From NCBI GenBank assembly GCA_963717435.1, contig OY970332.1, positions 512,001 to 576,000 of the forward strand: a stretch of 64,000 bases of DNA, given 5' to 3'. Shown piece by piece: positions 20,188 to 31,463 of the stretch. A program made the position numbers and the translations under genes. A model generated the notes under the pieces. It had not been told where the DNA came from. It saw only the letters and a program-made list of their open reading frames with translations, and searched no databases. Positions within the stretch are counted from its first letter, which is position 1. Each line of letters opens with the position of its first letter. Source of the DNA: an uncultured bacterium (lineage in GTDB: Bacteria; Babelota; Babeliae; Babelales; Babelaceae).

Positions 20188-22754
20188 TTATTTTCCGTGG
20201 CACTTTTTGAATTTTTTACCTGAACCACAAGGACAGTCATCATTGCGTCCAACTTTTGGTCCCTGTGCCTGCTGTTCGGTTTTGTTTTCACCGGGCAGCT
20301 CTGTGCCTATCATGTTTAATTGATCAAGCTCGCGCTCTCTTCTTTGCTCAAGCTCGGCCTGGTTAAATCTTTCAAGATTCATATGGAAGACATGGTGCAC
20401 AATTTCACGACGTAATAGTCGCATCATATCTTCAAAGATAGCAAATGATTCTCGCTTGTATTCTATTAATGGGTTCTTTTGTCCCCAGCCGCGTAAATCC
20501 AATACCCTCTTTTAGATGATCCAGGTTAAGCATATGCTGCTTCCAAGCGGTGTCTATGGTTTCTAACATGAACCATTTTCTGCCATGTTGCAATTATGCT
20601 TGTTGCTCTTTATTGTTCACATAAAGCTTGAAACTTTTCTAACAAGAAGTTAATAATGTCTGGCACTAACAATCATGATTTCAGAATTTTCGAATTATTA
20701 GCGTTTTTAAAAAGTCTTGCGAACGAAAGACCTGTTAATCCCATCATATCATGTAAATATATCTTTAACTACTTCTGCAGGAAGGGGATCTTTTCCATTT
20801 ACGCCTTGTTACGCGAATAAGATTTAATGGGTCTTGAACACCGTCCCTAATCATATCGCGAATAAGAGTCGTAATAGCTTTTGTTCACCTTCTAAGAATA
20901 GACCGACTATAATAAATAAATAACTTTTCGTTGTTGATTAAGAACGTCATCATATTCAAGCAAGTGTTAGCGTATTTCAAAGTTTTTTTTTTCAACTTTT
21001 TCTTGGGACGTTCAATTTTTGGAAATAAAAGACGATTCTATTATTTCATCTTCTTTCATACCAAAACATTCCATATATTTTTTAATGTATCACCAGCAAA
21101 AATTCTGATCAGATCATCTTCAAGTGAAATATAAAATCTGGATTCACCCGGATCACCCTGACGACCAGAACGTCCTCTAAGCTGGTTATCGATACGTGCG
21201 GCTCTCATGTCGTTCAGTTCCCAAAATATATAATCCGCCGGCTTGACCTGATTCTGGTGTAATTTAATATCAGTCCCACGACCTGCCATATTGGTTGCAA
21301 TAGTAACTCTGTCCTGCAACCCCAGCATTGGCCACAATTTCTGCTTCCCTTGCGTGTTTTTTGCGTTCAACACTTCATGTGGAATCCCATTTGCGGTTAA
21401 AACGTGACTTAACAGTTCAGATGTTTCAATGGCAATGGTACCAATCAATACTGGTTGTCCCTTTTTTATGCGTTCTTTAATATCTTCAACAATCGCCTTG
21501 TATTTCGCATTTTTTGACAAAAAATTAAGATCTGGTTTATCAAACTGGATCATAGGTTGATTAGTAGGAATATGAACAACATCAAGCTTATAGATTTTAT
21601 AAAACTCTTCAGCTTCGGTTACGGCAGTACCTGTCATACCAGCAAGTTTACTATAAAGTCTAAAATAGTTTTGCAAAGTAATCGAAGCTAAAGTTTGGCT
21701 TTCTCTTTCGATCTTAACTTTTTCTTTAGCCTCAATAGCCTGGTGCAACCCGTCGCTATATCGTCTGCCCGGTAAAATACTTCCGGTAAATTCATCGACA
21801 ATTAAATACTTCACCATCATTAACCACATATTCAACATCTCTTTTAAATAAAGTGTGTGCATTTAGTGCCTGATTAACATGGTGCAAGAGTTTAATTTGT
21901 TCAACTGCATATAGGTTATCGATGTTAAATGCACTCTTCTATTTTATCGTTTCCAGCTTCAGTTAATAATACGCTGCGCATTTTTTCATCGACTTCATAA
22001 TCAGTAGCTTTGTTTAGCCTTGATATAACTTTATCAGCGTCAACATACAAGTTGCTGCTTTCATCAGAAGAACCAGAAATGATTAACGGTGTTCTTGCTT
22101 CATCTATTAAGTATCGAGTCAACTTCATCGACAATTGCATAATTTAGTTCACGCTGGACATAATCTTCCAGTCTGAATTTCATATTATCTCGTAAGATAA
22201 TCGAATCCAAGTTCGTTATTTGTGGCGTATATAATATCAGAATTGTAAGCTCTTTTGCGTTCAGTGTCGTTTAGAGAGTTTTGTATTACCCCGACAGATA
22301 ATCCCAATAAATTATAAATTTTGCCCATCCATTCAGCATCTCGACGCGCCAAATAATCGTTAACTGTAACCAAGTGTGCGCCTTTGCCCGAAAGAGCGTT
22401 AAGATATAGGGGCAAAGTTGCTGTTAAAGTCTTACCTTCACCAGTTTTCATTTCTGAAATTTTACCCTGATGCAAAACTATTCCGCCCACAAGCTGCACA
22501 TCAAAATGGCGCTGGCCAAGCTTTCTTTTTCCTGCTTCTCTTGCTAGAGCAAAAGCTTCGGGCAAAATACTATCTAACGACTCGCCCTGAGCTATTCTTT
22601 GACGGAATTCGTTAGTTTTTATAGCCATATCTTCGTCTTTTAGGGCCTGCATTTGCGGCTCTAAAGAGTTAATTTTGTCGACTATTGGTTGTAATCTTTT
22701 AACTTCTCGATGACTACTTGTCCCCATTAATTTTGCAAGCAATTGTGATATCAT
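20188..22754 (-). CDS. secA: Preprotein translocase SecA (broken by multiple frameshifts in this sequence)
   Basis: Fragments carry [71 protein letters not shown] and [23 protein letters not shown]. Confidence 0.95.
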
Positions 22755-22905
22755 TTTTAAACCCTTAAATCTTTATCTCTGCCATTTTTTATTATTTTTA
22801 GTTTTTATGAACTTATTATTTTCTAGCATACAAAGTAAAGTGTACCATAAAAATCAATTCTTTTCCCGTCCTAAAAATTATTTATAGGGCAGGTTCTCAG
22901 GGGGC

Positions 22906-23631
22906 CTACTTTTTTATAGCAACTAGGCTTATCTGTCTTCTTGAATTTTTATGGTTTCTATGGGAACAAAATCTGGGGTTGCAAATAGTACAAATACTAT
23001 TCTCTAAGTTTATATTTTGCTGTTTTACCCCAAGCTTTATAAGCTTTATTTGCGCCAATTCTGGCAGGTCAAAATATATTTTATTATCTCTGTTAATTAA
23101 ATTATTTTTATATTTTTCTGGTAAATTACTCACAAAGTCCTGTTGAACCTCGTAGCAACAGGCTTTTGCGCACGGGCCAAGATAAGCTTTTAGCTGTTCA
23201 GGCTTTGAGCCAAAATTTTTAATTAAACTGTTAACACAACTCTCTATTATTCCATTAACTGCCCCGCGCCAGCCTGCATGAATTATGGCGATTAAGTTAT
23301 TATCAACAATAATTATTGGCAGGCAGTCCGCAGTTAATATGCCAATCCCAGTATTTTTTAAATCGGTAATTAAATAATCACTTTCAACTTGCCAAGATTT
23401 TGGCAAATTATCTTTGTTATAAATATAATCTGGACCAGCTAATATCTTGTTAGTTAATATTATCTCTTTTATACCATGGACCTGTTTGGGGAAAATAATA
23501 TTGTTCAGTTTAAAATTTATCTTATTTGATTCTATAAAATCTAAATACTCTTGTTTTTCCGGGCTTTTATAGCAATCATTATCTATGCTGTTTTTTGAAT
23601 CCCCAAAGTATATTAAAATATCTTGTTTCAT
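22906..23631 (-). CDS. pgeF: Peptidoglycan editing factor / YfiH laccase-domain protein
   Basis: QVHG, ILTADCLPI, IHAGWRG, LGPC...CCYEV, FCSHR. Confidence 0.9.
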   Translation of the reverse strand: MKQDILIYFGDSKNSIDNDCYKSPEKQEYLDFIESNKINFKLNNIIFPKQVHGIKEIILTNKILAGPDYIYNKDNLPKSWQVESDYLITDLKNTGIGILTADCLPIIIVDNNLIAIIHAGWRGAVNGIIESCVNSLIKNFGSKPEQLKAYLGPCAKACCYEVQQDFVSNLPEKYKNNLINRDNKIYFDLPELAQIKLIKLGVKQQNINLENSICTICNPRFCSHRNHKNSRRQISLVAIKK

Positions 23632-23663
23632 AATTTATTTTTGAAAATTTTAGAATTTAAATA

Positions 23664-24458
23664 TTACTTATTAATATACTCTCTTTTAAAGAACATACTA
23701 TCTTGTTGTTTCTTTATTTTTGTCTCAAATAAGTTATCTAATTGATCTAATATTTTAGCTATAACTTTTATTTGTTCGATATTAAGAAGCCCCTTAACAG
23801 CATCAAGAAACTCATCTCCCTGAGTGCTTACTTCTTCCCTGAGTAGCTCTAAAAAATCTAGATTTTGTTCTACTTTGTCCATAAGAACATCAGCCCAACA
23901 GATGTCAATTAATGGCGCATTTATAAGCAGTTCTGCCAAACTCTTAGCAACTTTATTTAAAAAATATTCTGGATTTAATCTGTACCAATAGTCTTTATTA
24001 TATTCACTTGTTGGTGGCATATAAGTTAAAATTTGGGAAAAAATTTGATATGGCACTTTATTTTTAACTGTAAATCCAATTTCCCCATCACTTTCAATAT
24101 CGGCACGAACCAAAGTCTTAACGGCCGCGTCCAAAAAATCTGCAAGACAAAGATTTGTTCTATCCAACTCATCAATGCAATAATTGGCTTTAAGTAAATA
24201 TTCTAAAATTAGCATATTTTCGCCATCAATTTCTTTTAGATCAACTATGTAATTTAACAAGTTTAATTGGGCTGTTCTGCCAACATACCCATTTTTTGCC
24301 AGATAATTTCGATAATACATAATCTGTTTTTTAGTCTCAATTTTTTGTTTTGATTTTATTGTACTGTTTGCGTCAACCGCTTTTCTTGCGGTTTTTCCGG
24401 GCGCTTGTATTGCATTAAAAAAAATTAATATAGATAAGAAAATTTCTTTAAGCATCAA
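23664..24458 (-). CDS. Secreted hypothetical protein (member 3 of a local paralog family)
   Basis: Signal peptide; YRNYLAKNG / LEYLLKANYC / QILTYMP motifs echo neighbours. Confidence 0.6.
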   Translation of the reverse strand: MMLKEIFLSILIFFNAIQAPGKTARKAVDANSTIKSKQKIETKKQIMYYRNYLAKNGYVGRTAQLNLLNYIVDLKEIDGENMLILEYLLKANYCIDELDRTNLCLADFLDAAVKTLVRADIESDGEIGFTVKNKVPYQIFSQILTYMPPTSEYNKDYWYRLNPEYFLNKVAKSLAELLINAPLIDICWADVLMDKVEQNLDFLELLREEVSTQGDEFLDAVKGLLNIEQIKVIAKILDQLDNLFETKIKKQQDSMFFKREYINK

Positions 24459-24552
24459 ATATCCTAAATTGTTTTTTAAATTACTAAAACTAATTAGGGG
24501 TATAGTAAGAAATTTTGATCTCGATTTTCTATATTTTTTAATTAATTATTTT

Positions 24553-25464
24553 CTAATTACTTTTTAACTGCTTAATATGCTTAAAAATTAGCGCCCAGAC
24601 AATCACAGCGCCTGATTTTATCGCCTTTGCCTGTTCAAAATTTTTAGTTGTGCTTTCTAAGTCATCTTCAAGTTGCACTATTTTTTCTGCTCTCGATTTA
24701 GCTTTATCTTCTATTTCTTTATTGATTAATTCTAGCAATTTTACGCTTCCGCCAACTTTTCCAACCAGTATTTGCAATAACGTATCTTTCTCTTTTTTAC
24801 CCAAATTTTGGTTTTGCCACTCTTGCATATCAAGAATAAGATTGGCGTAACTTCCCATGCAAATATAACCGTTTTGCGTTAAAATTATTTGATCAGTTTC
24901 TTTCAAATTTCCTGTCTCTTTTAACGCTGAATAAAGCGTTGGCATGTTTGATATAATCTTATAAACAATTTCAGGGTTTGCCAGTTCTGTATTTTTTAAT
25001 GCTCGCGAAATTGTCTGAATAACTTTTAAATAATCTAATCTAAATTGGCCGGGTTTTTTTACCGAATAATTTGCAATTACCGTATATTCTGCTTTTTCAA
25101 GATAATTAAGTTCTATCGCTTCTTGTTTTGTTTGAATTTCCTGGCTATTAAGCAAAACTTCTAATGCTTTTAATCTTGATTCTTGGTTGACAACCCCAAT
25201 CTTCTTTAAAGCCTGTCTGGCCCCCAAGATTTCTTCTTTTTTGGGGATTTTATCAAAATCTGTTTCTATATATTTAATAACTTTATTTATATCAGATTCT
25301 GTGTTTTGGCCCGTATCTTGGCCCATATTCTGGTTTGAATTTTGACTCGGGTTTTGGCTTGTCCCAAATTTATTGTGAAGCCAAACAAATAGCTCCATAC
25401 AGCTTAAATTTTGAAAATTTAAAATAGTAACTATCGAAATAATTAGTAATTTGAGTTTCATCAC
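24553..25464 (-). CDS. Secreted hypothetical protein (member 2 of a local paralog family)
   Basis: Signal peptide; ANYSVKKPGQFRLDY, NPEIVYKIISNMPTL. Confidence 0.7.
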   Translation of the reverse strand: MMKLKLLIISIVTILNFQNLSCMELFVWLHNKFGTSQNPSQNSNQNMGQDTGQNTESDINKVIKYIETDFDKIPKKEEILGARQALKKIGVVNQESRLKALEVLLNSQEIQTKQEAIELNYLEKAEYTVIANYSVKKPGQFRLDYLKVIQTISRALKNTELANPEIVYKIISNMPTLYSALKETGNLKETDQIILTQNGYICMGSYANLILDMQEWQNQNLGKKEKDTLLQILVGKVGGSVKLLELINKEIEDKAKSRAEKIVQLEDDLESTTKNFEQAKAIKSGAVIVWALIFKHIKQLKSN

Positions 25465-25559
25465 TGCCCCTAACAGTCTGAACCCTAAGATTTAACCTAC
25501 CAGTTTCATGTTGGCATAATTGCAACTAAATATGCAATAATTCAACAAAATTTAATTTT

Positions 25560-26564
25560 TTATATTCTCCATTTACCTTCCCGGGAGGTCATAGATATAT
25601 AAGGGGAGTATTTTAAGCGTTTTCCTCCAACCCAGTTCACTATTTCATTTTCGAAGCTTTGTCCTTCAATCAGGTCCAATATTTCATTGACTTCCTTTTC
25701 AATTGTTCCCGTTTCCCTATATATTTGAAGTCTTGAATAATGTTTATCTGCCATAAGGCATTCTACTTTGTGGTCTGCTGCAAATCTTAAATGACTACTA
25801 ACTGAACTTTTAAGATTTGAGTTTTTCTGAAAGGACGGTCTTTTGGATGGTTTGATATTAATTTTTTTTACTAGGGCAACTAGTATCTTTTGGCGAGTTT
25901 CTTCGCTTAAATCCCGAGATTTTATCAGTGAAATATTCAATAATAAAATTGCAAACTGTTTAATACATTTGTCTTCATCATGAAGTTTGATGTCAGTTTT
26001 ACTATCAGTTTTAAGGTCGCTTGTGCTATGTTCTTCATCTATTATTGTTTGCAAATCTGGCATTGTGGCAATAATTGCATAAACAATCTCGTGATTGAAA
26101 TTGACAATTAAATTCCGTTGATGGGAAGATATAATTGCTTGCGTATACCCATTAAGTAATTCAAGTATTCTAAAATAATCTAACCTAAACAGACCAAATT
26201 TGTTATTACTTAGGCCGTGTGGTTTACGTTTGTTAATAGAATAACTTGCCATGATAATTTCTTTTGCGACAAAAATAACTTCTCTTTCATCAAGATCTAT
26301 ATCTTTTTTTCCAGTTATTATGCTTTCCAAAAAGCTTAATCTTTTTGCGGGATTAGAAATCCCAATTTCTTTAAGTCTATTTCTATACTTTTTTATTTCT
26401 TCTCTGCTAGGATTTTCGTAAATTTCTACAATTGGCGATGACGTATCCGGTGGGTATCCAATTTGCTCAGTAAAAGAATTTTCGATCTCTTCTTCTTTTG
26501 TCTCCATTGCGCGAGAAATATTTAACGAAGTAAGTAATATTAAAAATATTGTTTTATTTGTCAT
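25560..26564 (-). CDS. Secreted hypothetical protein (member 1 of a local paralog family)
   Basis: Start at ATG 26564 with AGGA RBS; ASYSIN...FRLDY, NHEIVYAIIATMPDL. Confidence 0.7.
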   Translation of the reverse strand: MTNKTIFLILLTSLNISRAMETKEEEIENSFTEQIGYPPDTSSPIVEIYENPSREEIKKYRNRLKEIGISNPAKRLSFLESIITGKKDIDLDEREVIFVAKEIIMASYSINKRKPHGLSNNKFGLFRLDYFRILELLNGYTQAIISSHQRNLIVNFNHEIVYAIIATMPDLQTIIDEEHSTSDLKTDSKTDIKLHDEDKCIKQFAILLLNISLIKSRDLSEETRQKILVALVKKINIKPSKRPSFQKNSNLKSSVSSHLRFAADHKVECLMADKHYSRLQIYRETGTIEKEVNEILDLIEGQSFENEIVNWVGGKRLKYSPYISMTSREGKWRI

Positions 26565-26574
26565 GTTTATAATC

Positions 26575-26982
26575 CTAATAAATAACTTGGTTTGGCTCTT
26601 GAATCTCACTAATTTTATTTCTTACAAAATTAAGAATAAAAGTGGCTTTTTTTATCGCATCTAAAACTTCTTCTCTATCGATATAAAATCTATCATCTGG
26701 GTATCTGGAATAAATCGCATATGGGAGTAGATCCAAAGCATCGCTTAATAGTTTTTTAAAAGAAGAATCATGTTGGGAACACAACAGCAATAGTCTCTCT
26801 AAGTCATGTGTTTTTGGTATGTTTTGTTTTTTATAAACTAAATATGCTTTAAGCGCTTTCTCTGCACATTGTTGGGTATGGTATGAAGCTGTATCAAGTG
26901 TTTCGTTATCATCTTTTGATAATTTTATAGCTGATTTAAGATCGCCCAAAGATTTGGCTAACCAAGTTTCATGATTTAGCAT
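26575..26982 (-). CDS. HEPN domain protein (MNT-HEPN pair)
   Basis: YHTQQCAEKALKA, KTHDL, SRYP. Confidence 0.9.
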   Translation of the reverse strand: MLNHETWLAKSLGDLKSAIKLSKDDNETLDTASYHTQQCAEKALKAYLVYKKQNIPKTHDLERLLLLCSQHDSSFKKLLSDALDLLPYAIYSRYPDDRFYIDREEVLDAIKKATFILNFVRNKISEIQEPNQVIY

Positions 26983-27292
26983 AAATCAGCTTCCCATTTT
27001 TTAAAATTTTACTTATAAATGAGTTTGGATCTTCAGCCAATTTATTTAATTCAGATTTTGTATAAACAAGTAAATCTTTTGATAGATCTAAACCCCATAG
27101 TGATTCATAACCAGATTTGCCCCGTTTATGTCTTTTATTTTCATCAGAGTTTTCGACAACTATTAATAAGTCTAAATCACTGTCTTCGTTGGGAGTTCCC
27201 CATGCATATGATCCGAAGAGATATATTTCTAAAGGGTTATAAACTTTTATTAATCTATCTTTTACTTCTTCTATTATTTCTTTAGTTATCAC
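26969..27292 (-). CDS. Minimal nucleotidyltransferase (MNT)
   Basis: LFGSYAWGTPNEDSDLDLLIV; overlaps the HEPN gene. Confidence 0.9.
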   Translation of the reverse strand: MITKEIIEEVKDRLIKVYNPLEIYLFGSYAWGTPNEDSDLDLLIVVENSDENKRHKRGKSGYESLWGLDLSKDLLVYTKSELNKLAEDPNSFISKILKNGKLIYAKS

Positions 27293-27443
27293 AATTTCTC
27301 CTGTGACTTAATTTTCTTAATATATTATTACTTTATTAAAATTTATAGACTTTGTAATTTTAAAAAAGATAGACGGCTTTGATTTTTTAATTATGTAGGT
27401 TATCGTAGTAATATTAAGAATTTTATAATAATGGGAAAAATAT

Positions 27444-27656
27444 ATGGAAGCAATAGAGTTTATGGCCAAAGTAAAGCAGGGCAAAAGTATTGAAATCCCA
27501 AAGGAATATTTGGCAGATATTACAGGTGAATTTAGGGTCATTCTTCTTATAAACAAAAAAGAAATTAAAGAAAAGCCTCGCAAAAAAAAATTTGAAGCTT
27601 TAAAAGTAAAAACTAAAGGGCTTAAATTTAATCGAGAAGAAATTTATGATGAATAA
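27444..27656 (+). CDS. Putative antitoxin partner of PIN toxin
   Basis: 70 aa, ends KFNREEIYDE, overlaps the start of the PIN gene. Confidence 0.7.
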   Translation: MEAIEFMAKVKQGKSIEIPKEYLADITGEFRVILLINKKEIKEKPRKKKFEALKVKTKGLKFNREEIYDE

Positions 27657-28059
27657 TAAAGTTTTTCTTGATTCGAATATATTAATTTATCTTTATTCTA
27701 AAGATGAACCAAAAAAGAGAGAAATTGCCTCGGACTTACTTGCAAAATTTGATAATGTTTATATTAGCACTCAGGTATTATTTGAATTTACCCACATAAT
27801 GCATCGAAAATTAAAAGTTGATTATGACCAAATAGATGATGCCTTAAAAGAGTTTAATAATGCATTTTTGATTACTAATGTTACATATGAAATTATTCGC
27901 AAGGCTATAAAAATAGCAGAAAAATATAAGTATTCTTTTGTTGATAGTCTAATTATTGCAACTGCCATAAACAGCAATTGCGATATCTTATATTCAGAAG
28001 ATATGCACGCGGACCAAGTAATTGAAAATTCATTAAAAATAGCTAACCCATTCAAATAA
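27646..28059 (+). CDS. PIN-domain (VapC-like) toxin
   Basis: FLDSNILIY, STQVLFE, SFVDSLII, LYSEDM, NPF. Confidence 0.9.
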   Translation: MMNNKVFLDSNILIYLYSKDEPKKREIASDLLAKFDNVYISTQVLFEFTHIMHRKLKVDYDQIDDALKEFNNAFLITNVTYEIIRKAIKIAEKYKYSFVDSLIIATAINSNCDILYSEDMHADQVIENSLKIANPFK

Positions 28060-28078
28060 TAAAAAAATAATCACAGAA

Positions 28079-28102
28079 ATGCCCGAGATAAAACTCGGGC
28101 AT
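28079..28102. terminator. Hairpin terminator between convergent PIN and ftsZ genes
   Basis: atgcccgag-ataaaa-ctcgggcat. Confidence 0.65.
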
Positions 28103-28132
28103 AAGTTTAACTATTGTAACTGCTAATATTTT

Positions 28133-29380
28133 TTAGCTAACTTTGCTTTGTTTTTCTGAAGCTTTTTTTCTCATATAAGCAGGTACATCAAGATCGTTTT
28201 GATCAACCTCAGTTGTAGCTTCTTGTGCTAATATTTCTTCGGGTGCAGCAGCTTTAAATTCCGGCTTTATTTCAACAATCTCTTCAACAAGTTGAACTTC
28301 CACTTTTGCATGCGCAGGTTGCGCTTTTGGTTGCATAATAACTTGTTGTGGGGTTATTGTAGGCTTCACCTCAAGTATATTGTTTTGAGCGGCATGATAA
28401 GCTTTTTGTTGTTGCGCATCAAATCCTGTTGCAATTACTGTAACTAAAACTTCGTCTCCAAAATTGTCGTCTATCACAGAACCCAAAATAATATTTGCAT
28501 CTTCATGAGCTTGTTCATAAATTATTGAAGCTGCGGCGCTAACTTCATGTAGCCCCATATTTTGGTTACCGGTAATATTTAACAACACACTTCTTGCGCC
28601 CTGAATATGCATATTTTCAAGTAACGGCGAAGATAATGCAAGCTGTGCTGCACGAACGGCTCTGTCTTCTCCAGACATTCTGCCACTTCCAATAACAGCA
28701 TAACCCTGATTTTTCATGATTGTTTTAACATCTGCAAAATCTACGTTAATATGACCAGGATGTGTGATAATATCTGATATGCTTCTTACAAATTGGTTCA
28801 GAACATTATTGATCATATTAAATGCACCAACAAGCGACATTTTTTGGTCAACAACATCTATTAATTTTTGATTAGGCAAAACAATTAAAGTATCGACATT
28901 TGATGCAATAGATTCGATTGCATCGTTAGCGATTTTCATTCTGCGTTTACCTTCAAATACAAACGGCTTGGTAACAACTGCTATTGTTAAAATGTCATTT
29001 TCTTTTAACGCACGAGCAATAACCGGCAACGCTCCGGAACCTGTTCCGCCGCCCATACCGCCGGTCAAAAATACAACATCAGCACCAGAAACAGACTCCA
29101 TTATTCTTTCAAGATCTTCTTCAGCAGCGCGTCTACCAAGTTCTGGATTTGCACCAGAACCTAAGCCCTTGGTTGCTTTTACACCAAGTTGAATTTTGCA
29201 TGGCGCTTTTGAAACTTGCAATGCCTGCGCGTCAGTGTTTGTTGCAATAAAATCTATTCCGTCAGTTCCTGCCTCGATCATACTATTAATCGTGTTTCCA
29301 CCAGCTCCGCCGACGCCGATAACTTTAATACTAGCGCCAGGTGTTAGATGAATTGACGATTCCTTTTCAAATTCTATCAT
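28133..29380 (-). CDS. ftsZ: Cell division protein FtsZ
   Basis: IKVIGVGGAGGN, GMGGGTGSG, INVDFAD, C-terminal DLDVPAYMRK. Confidence 0.98.
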   Translation of the reverse strand: MIEFEKESSIHLTPGASIKVIGVGGAGGNTINSMIEAGTDGIDFIATNTDAQALQVSKAPCKIQLGVKATKGLGSGANPELGRRAAEEDLERIMESVSGADVVFLTGGMGGGTGSGALPVIARALKENDILTIAVVTKPFVFEGKRRMKIANDAIESIASNVDTLIVLPNQKLIDVVDQKMSLVGAFNMINNVLNQFVRSISDIITHPGHINVDFADVKTIMKNQGYAVIGSGRMSGEDRAVRAAQLALSSPLLENMHIQGARSVLLNITGNQNMGLHEVSAAASIIYEQAHEDANIILGSVIDDNFGDEVLVTVIATGFDAQQQKAYHAAQNNILEVKPTITPQQVIMQPKAQPAHAKVEVQLVEEIVEIKPEFKAAAPEEILAQEATTEVDQNDLDVPAYMRKKASEKQSKVS

Positions 29381-29398
29381 TTTAAGGGGTCTCCTTTT

Positions 29399-30622
29399 TT
29401 AAAAGAAATCAAATACCCAGGATTTCATGCGCCAGAATACTCTGGTTATTAGTGGCTCAGTTAAGTAATCTACTGGCGGCAAGCTATCTTTTTTAATTAC
29501 ATATAAAAGTAGCCCATAACTTGTTGCAAAAATTGGGCTATCTAGTGTCTCATTAAATGGAGATGTTATTTTTGGTTTGCCCAATCTCACTGGAACTTGA
29601 ATAATATCGTGGGCCAATTCCTGTAACCCATCTAGCATTGAACCGCCGCCTGTTAAAACAAGTCCCGAGCCCATAAAACTTCGCAATTTGTTTTTGTCGA
29701 TTTCCTGCCTTACAAGCATAAGCAATTCAGAGGCTCTTGCGTCAACAATATCTTTAATATCAGAAACTTTAAAATCTTTCGCTTGGTTGCCCTGTATCAT
29801 TTCTAATGTAATAGTATCTTCAAGAGATCTGTTTACTAAAAGCTTTTTTGCTTGTTCAGCACTTTTAATTGTTGTTCTTAAACATGTTGCAATATCATGG
29901 GTAAATAAGTTTCCCGCTATAGGAAAAACTTTGGTATGCATAACACTATCTTGTTGATAAATCGCAAAATCCGATGTTCCACCACCAATGTCCAAAATTG
30001 CAATTCCGAGTTCTCTTTCATCTTCACTTAAAACAGATTGCGCTGAAGCAATTTGTTCTAAGATTATATCTTCAACTTTCACACCGGCCATTTCGCAGCA
30101 TCGTATTAAATTTTGTATTGATGGGATTGCGCCAGTTATCATGTGCACTTGAACCTCAAGTCTTACCCCGTGCATACCAAGTGGATCATGAACTTTATGT
30201 TGTCCATCTATTATGTAATATTGTGGGATAACATGTAATAATTTGTGACCCTCTGCTATAGGCACAGCTTTTGCCGAATTTATTGCCGCTGCGATATCAT
30301 AAACAGATATCTGTTTATTTTTTACGGGCACTATCCCATGGGAATTTATAGCCTGTATGTGCGACCCAGAGATACCAACATAAGCAGATTCTATTTGCTT
30401 GCCTATCATTAGTTCAGCTTCTTTTACGGCAGCTTTTATAGATTCTACAGCTTGAGCAACATTAACTATAACCCCTTTTGCAAGCCCCTGAGATGGAGAT
30501 TTGCCAATAGCTATAATTTCGATGTTTCCTGTTGGGCTTACTTGCGAAACCAATACGCAGATTTTTGTGGTGCCGACATCTATGGCAACAGTTATATTAT
30601 TTGATAAATTTTTGACCTTCAT
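29399..30622 (-). CDS. ftsA: Cell division protein FtsA
   Basis: AIDVGTTKI, LDIGGGTSD, GLVLTGGGS; adjacent to ftsZ. Confidence 0.96.
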   Translation of the reverse strand: MKVKNLSNNITVAIDVGTTKICVLVSQVSPTGNIEIIAIGKSPSQGLAKGVIVNVAQAVESIKAAVKEAELMIGKQIESAYVGISGSHIQAINSHGIVPVKNKQISVYDIAAAINSAKAVPIAEGHKLLHVIPQYYIIDGQHKVHDPLGMHGVRLEVQVHMITGAIPSIQNLIRCCEMAGVKVEDIILEQIASAQSVLSEDERELGIAILDIGGGTSDFAIYQQDSVMHTKVFPIAGNLFTHDIATCLRTTIKSAEQAKKLLVNRSLEDTITLEMIQGNQAKDFKVSDIKDIVDARASELLMLVRQEIDKNKLRSFMGSGLVLTGGGSMLDGLQELAHDIIQVPVRLGKPKITSPFNETLDSPIFATSYGLLLYVIKKDSLPPVDYLTEPLITRVFWRMKSWVFDFF

Positions 30623-31373
30623 GTTCCCCTTCCCCTTTCAAGGTGAGCACGATTTTGTCCCCAAACCGTATATCGGCGCACCAGATACTATTCTTTCTTT
30701 TTTTTGATTTTGAATTTTCTGTTTTAACTTTATCTTTTATCTTATTTACTGATTCCCATAGTTTTTCAGGAAATCCTGTTTCATGTTCAGTTTTTATATA
30801 AAAAAAACTATCTTCCTTATCTAATAGCGTTATTACAGTTTTGTTGTGCCAGATTATTCGATATTTTTCAAAAACTTCAGGATTTAAATTTTTAAAGAAA
30901 TTAAAAATAAGTGCTTCTTCTGCTGGTGAAACTTCTCTATCTTCTAAAAAAAAGTTATTTAAATTTTCATAAAATTCTGGACTATAAAAACTGTTGGAAA
31001 TAATTTTTGATCCTGAAGTTATTACCCGATTATTATTGATCATAAATACGGGCAAGTCTGTCTGTACTTTGATAACTTTGCGGCAGCTGCCCTTTGATAT
31101 TTTTTCAATAGATTTTATAGCTGGAAATACAGCCTTTAATTCTTCGGCTATTTTTATGGCTCTGGATTTATATAGTCCACTATTTATAAGGTCTTTAACT
31201 TTGTCGTTAATTTCTGCGCTATTAGATGGGTTTGTGATTACACAAATATTTAGATTGGTTTTGAAAAAGCATAAAATATACCAGCATGCTGATAAGAATA
31301 CGATAAAATTGAAAGCTAATAATATACTTAAAGCATGAGTAGCTCTTAGATTCATGAAACCATCCCCAAACAA
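30597..31373 (-). CDS. Divergent FtsQ/DivIB-like protein
   Basis: Single N-terminal TM, C-terminal ADIRFGDKIV (DLR motif), positioned directly upstream of ftsA. Confidence 0.65.
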   Translation of the reverse strand: MFGDGFMNLRATHALSILLAFNFIVFLSACWYILCFFKTNLNICVITNPSNSAEINDKVKDLINSGLYKSRAIKIAEELKAVFPAIKSIEKISKGSCRKVIKVQTDLPVFMINNNRVITSGSKIISNSFYSPEFYENLNNFFLEDREVSPAEEALIFNFFKNLNPEVFEKYRIIWHNKTVITLLDKEDSFFYIKTEHETGFPEKLWESVNKIKDKVKTENSKSKKRKNSIWCADIRFGDKIVLTLKGEGEHEGQKFIK

Positions 31374-31463
31374 ATATATAAATATGCCTATAATATTTAA
31401 TATCTTTTTGAGTAGCTTGGAGTCAAGAATATCTAAGATTATTTTGCGCTATCTTGCCGTGTT

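Noticed and set aside
27317-27583. 88-aa minus-strand ORF between the TA pairs
   Set aside because: Overlaps the antitoxin antisense and an AT-rich promoter region; no motif support.
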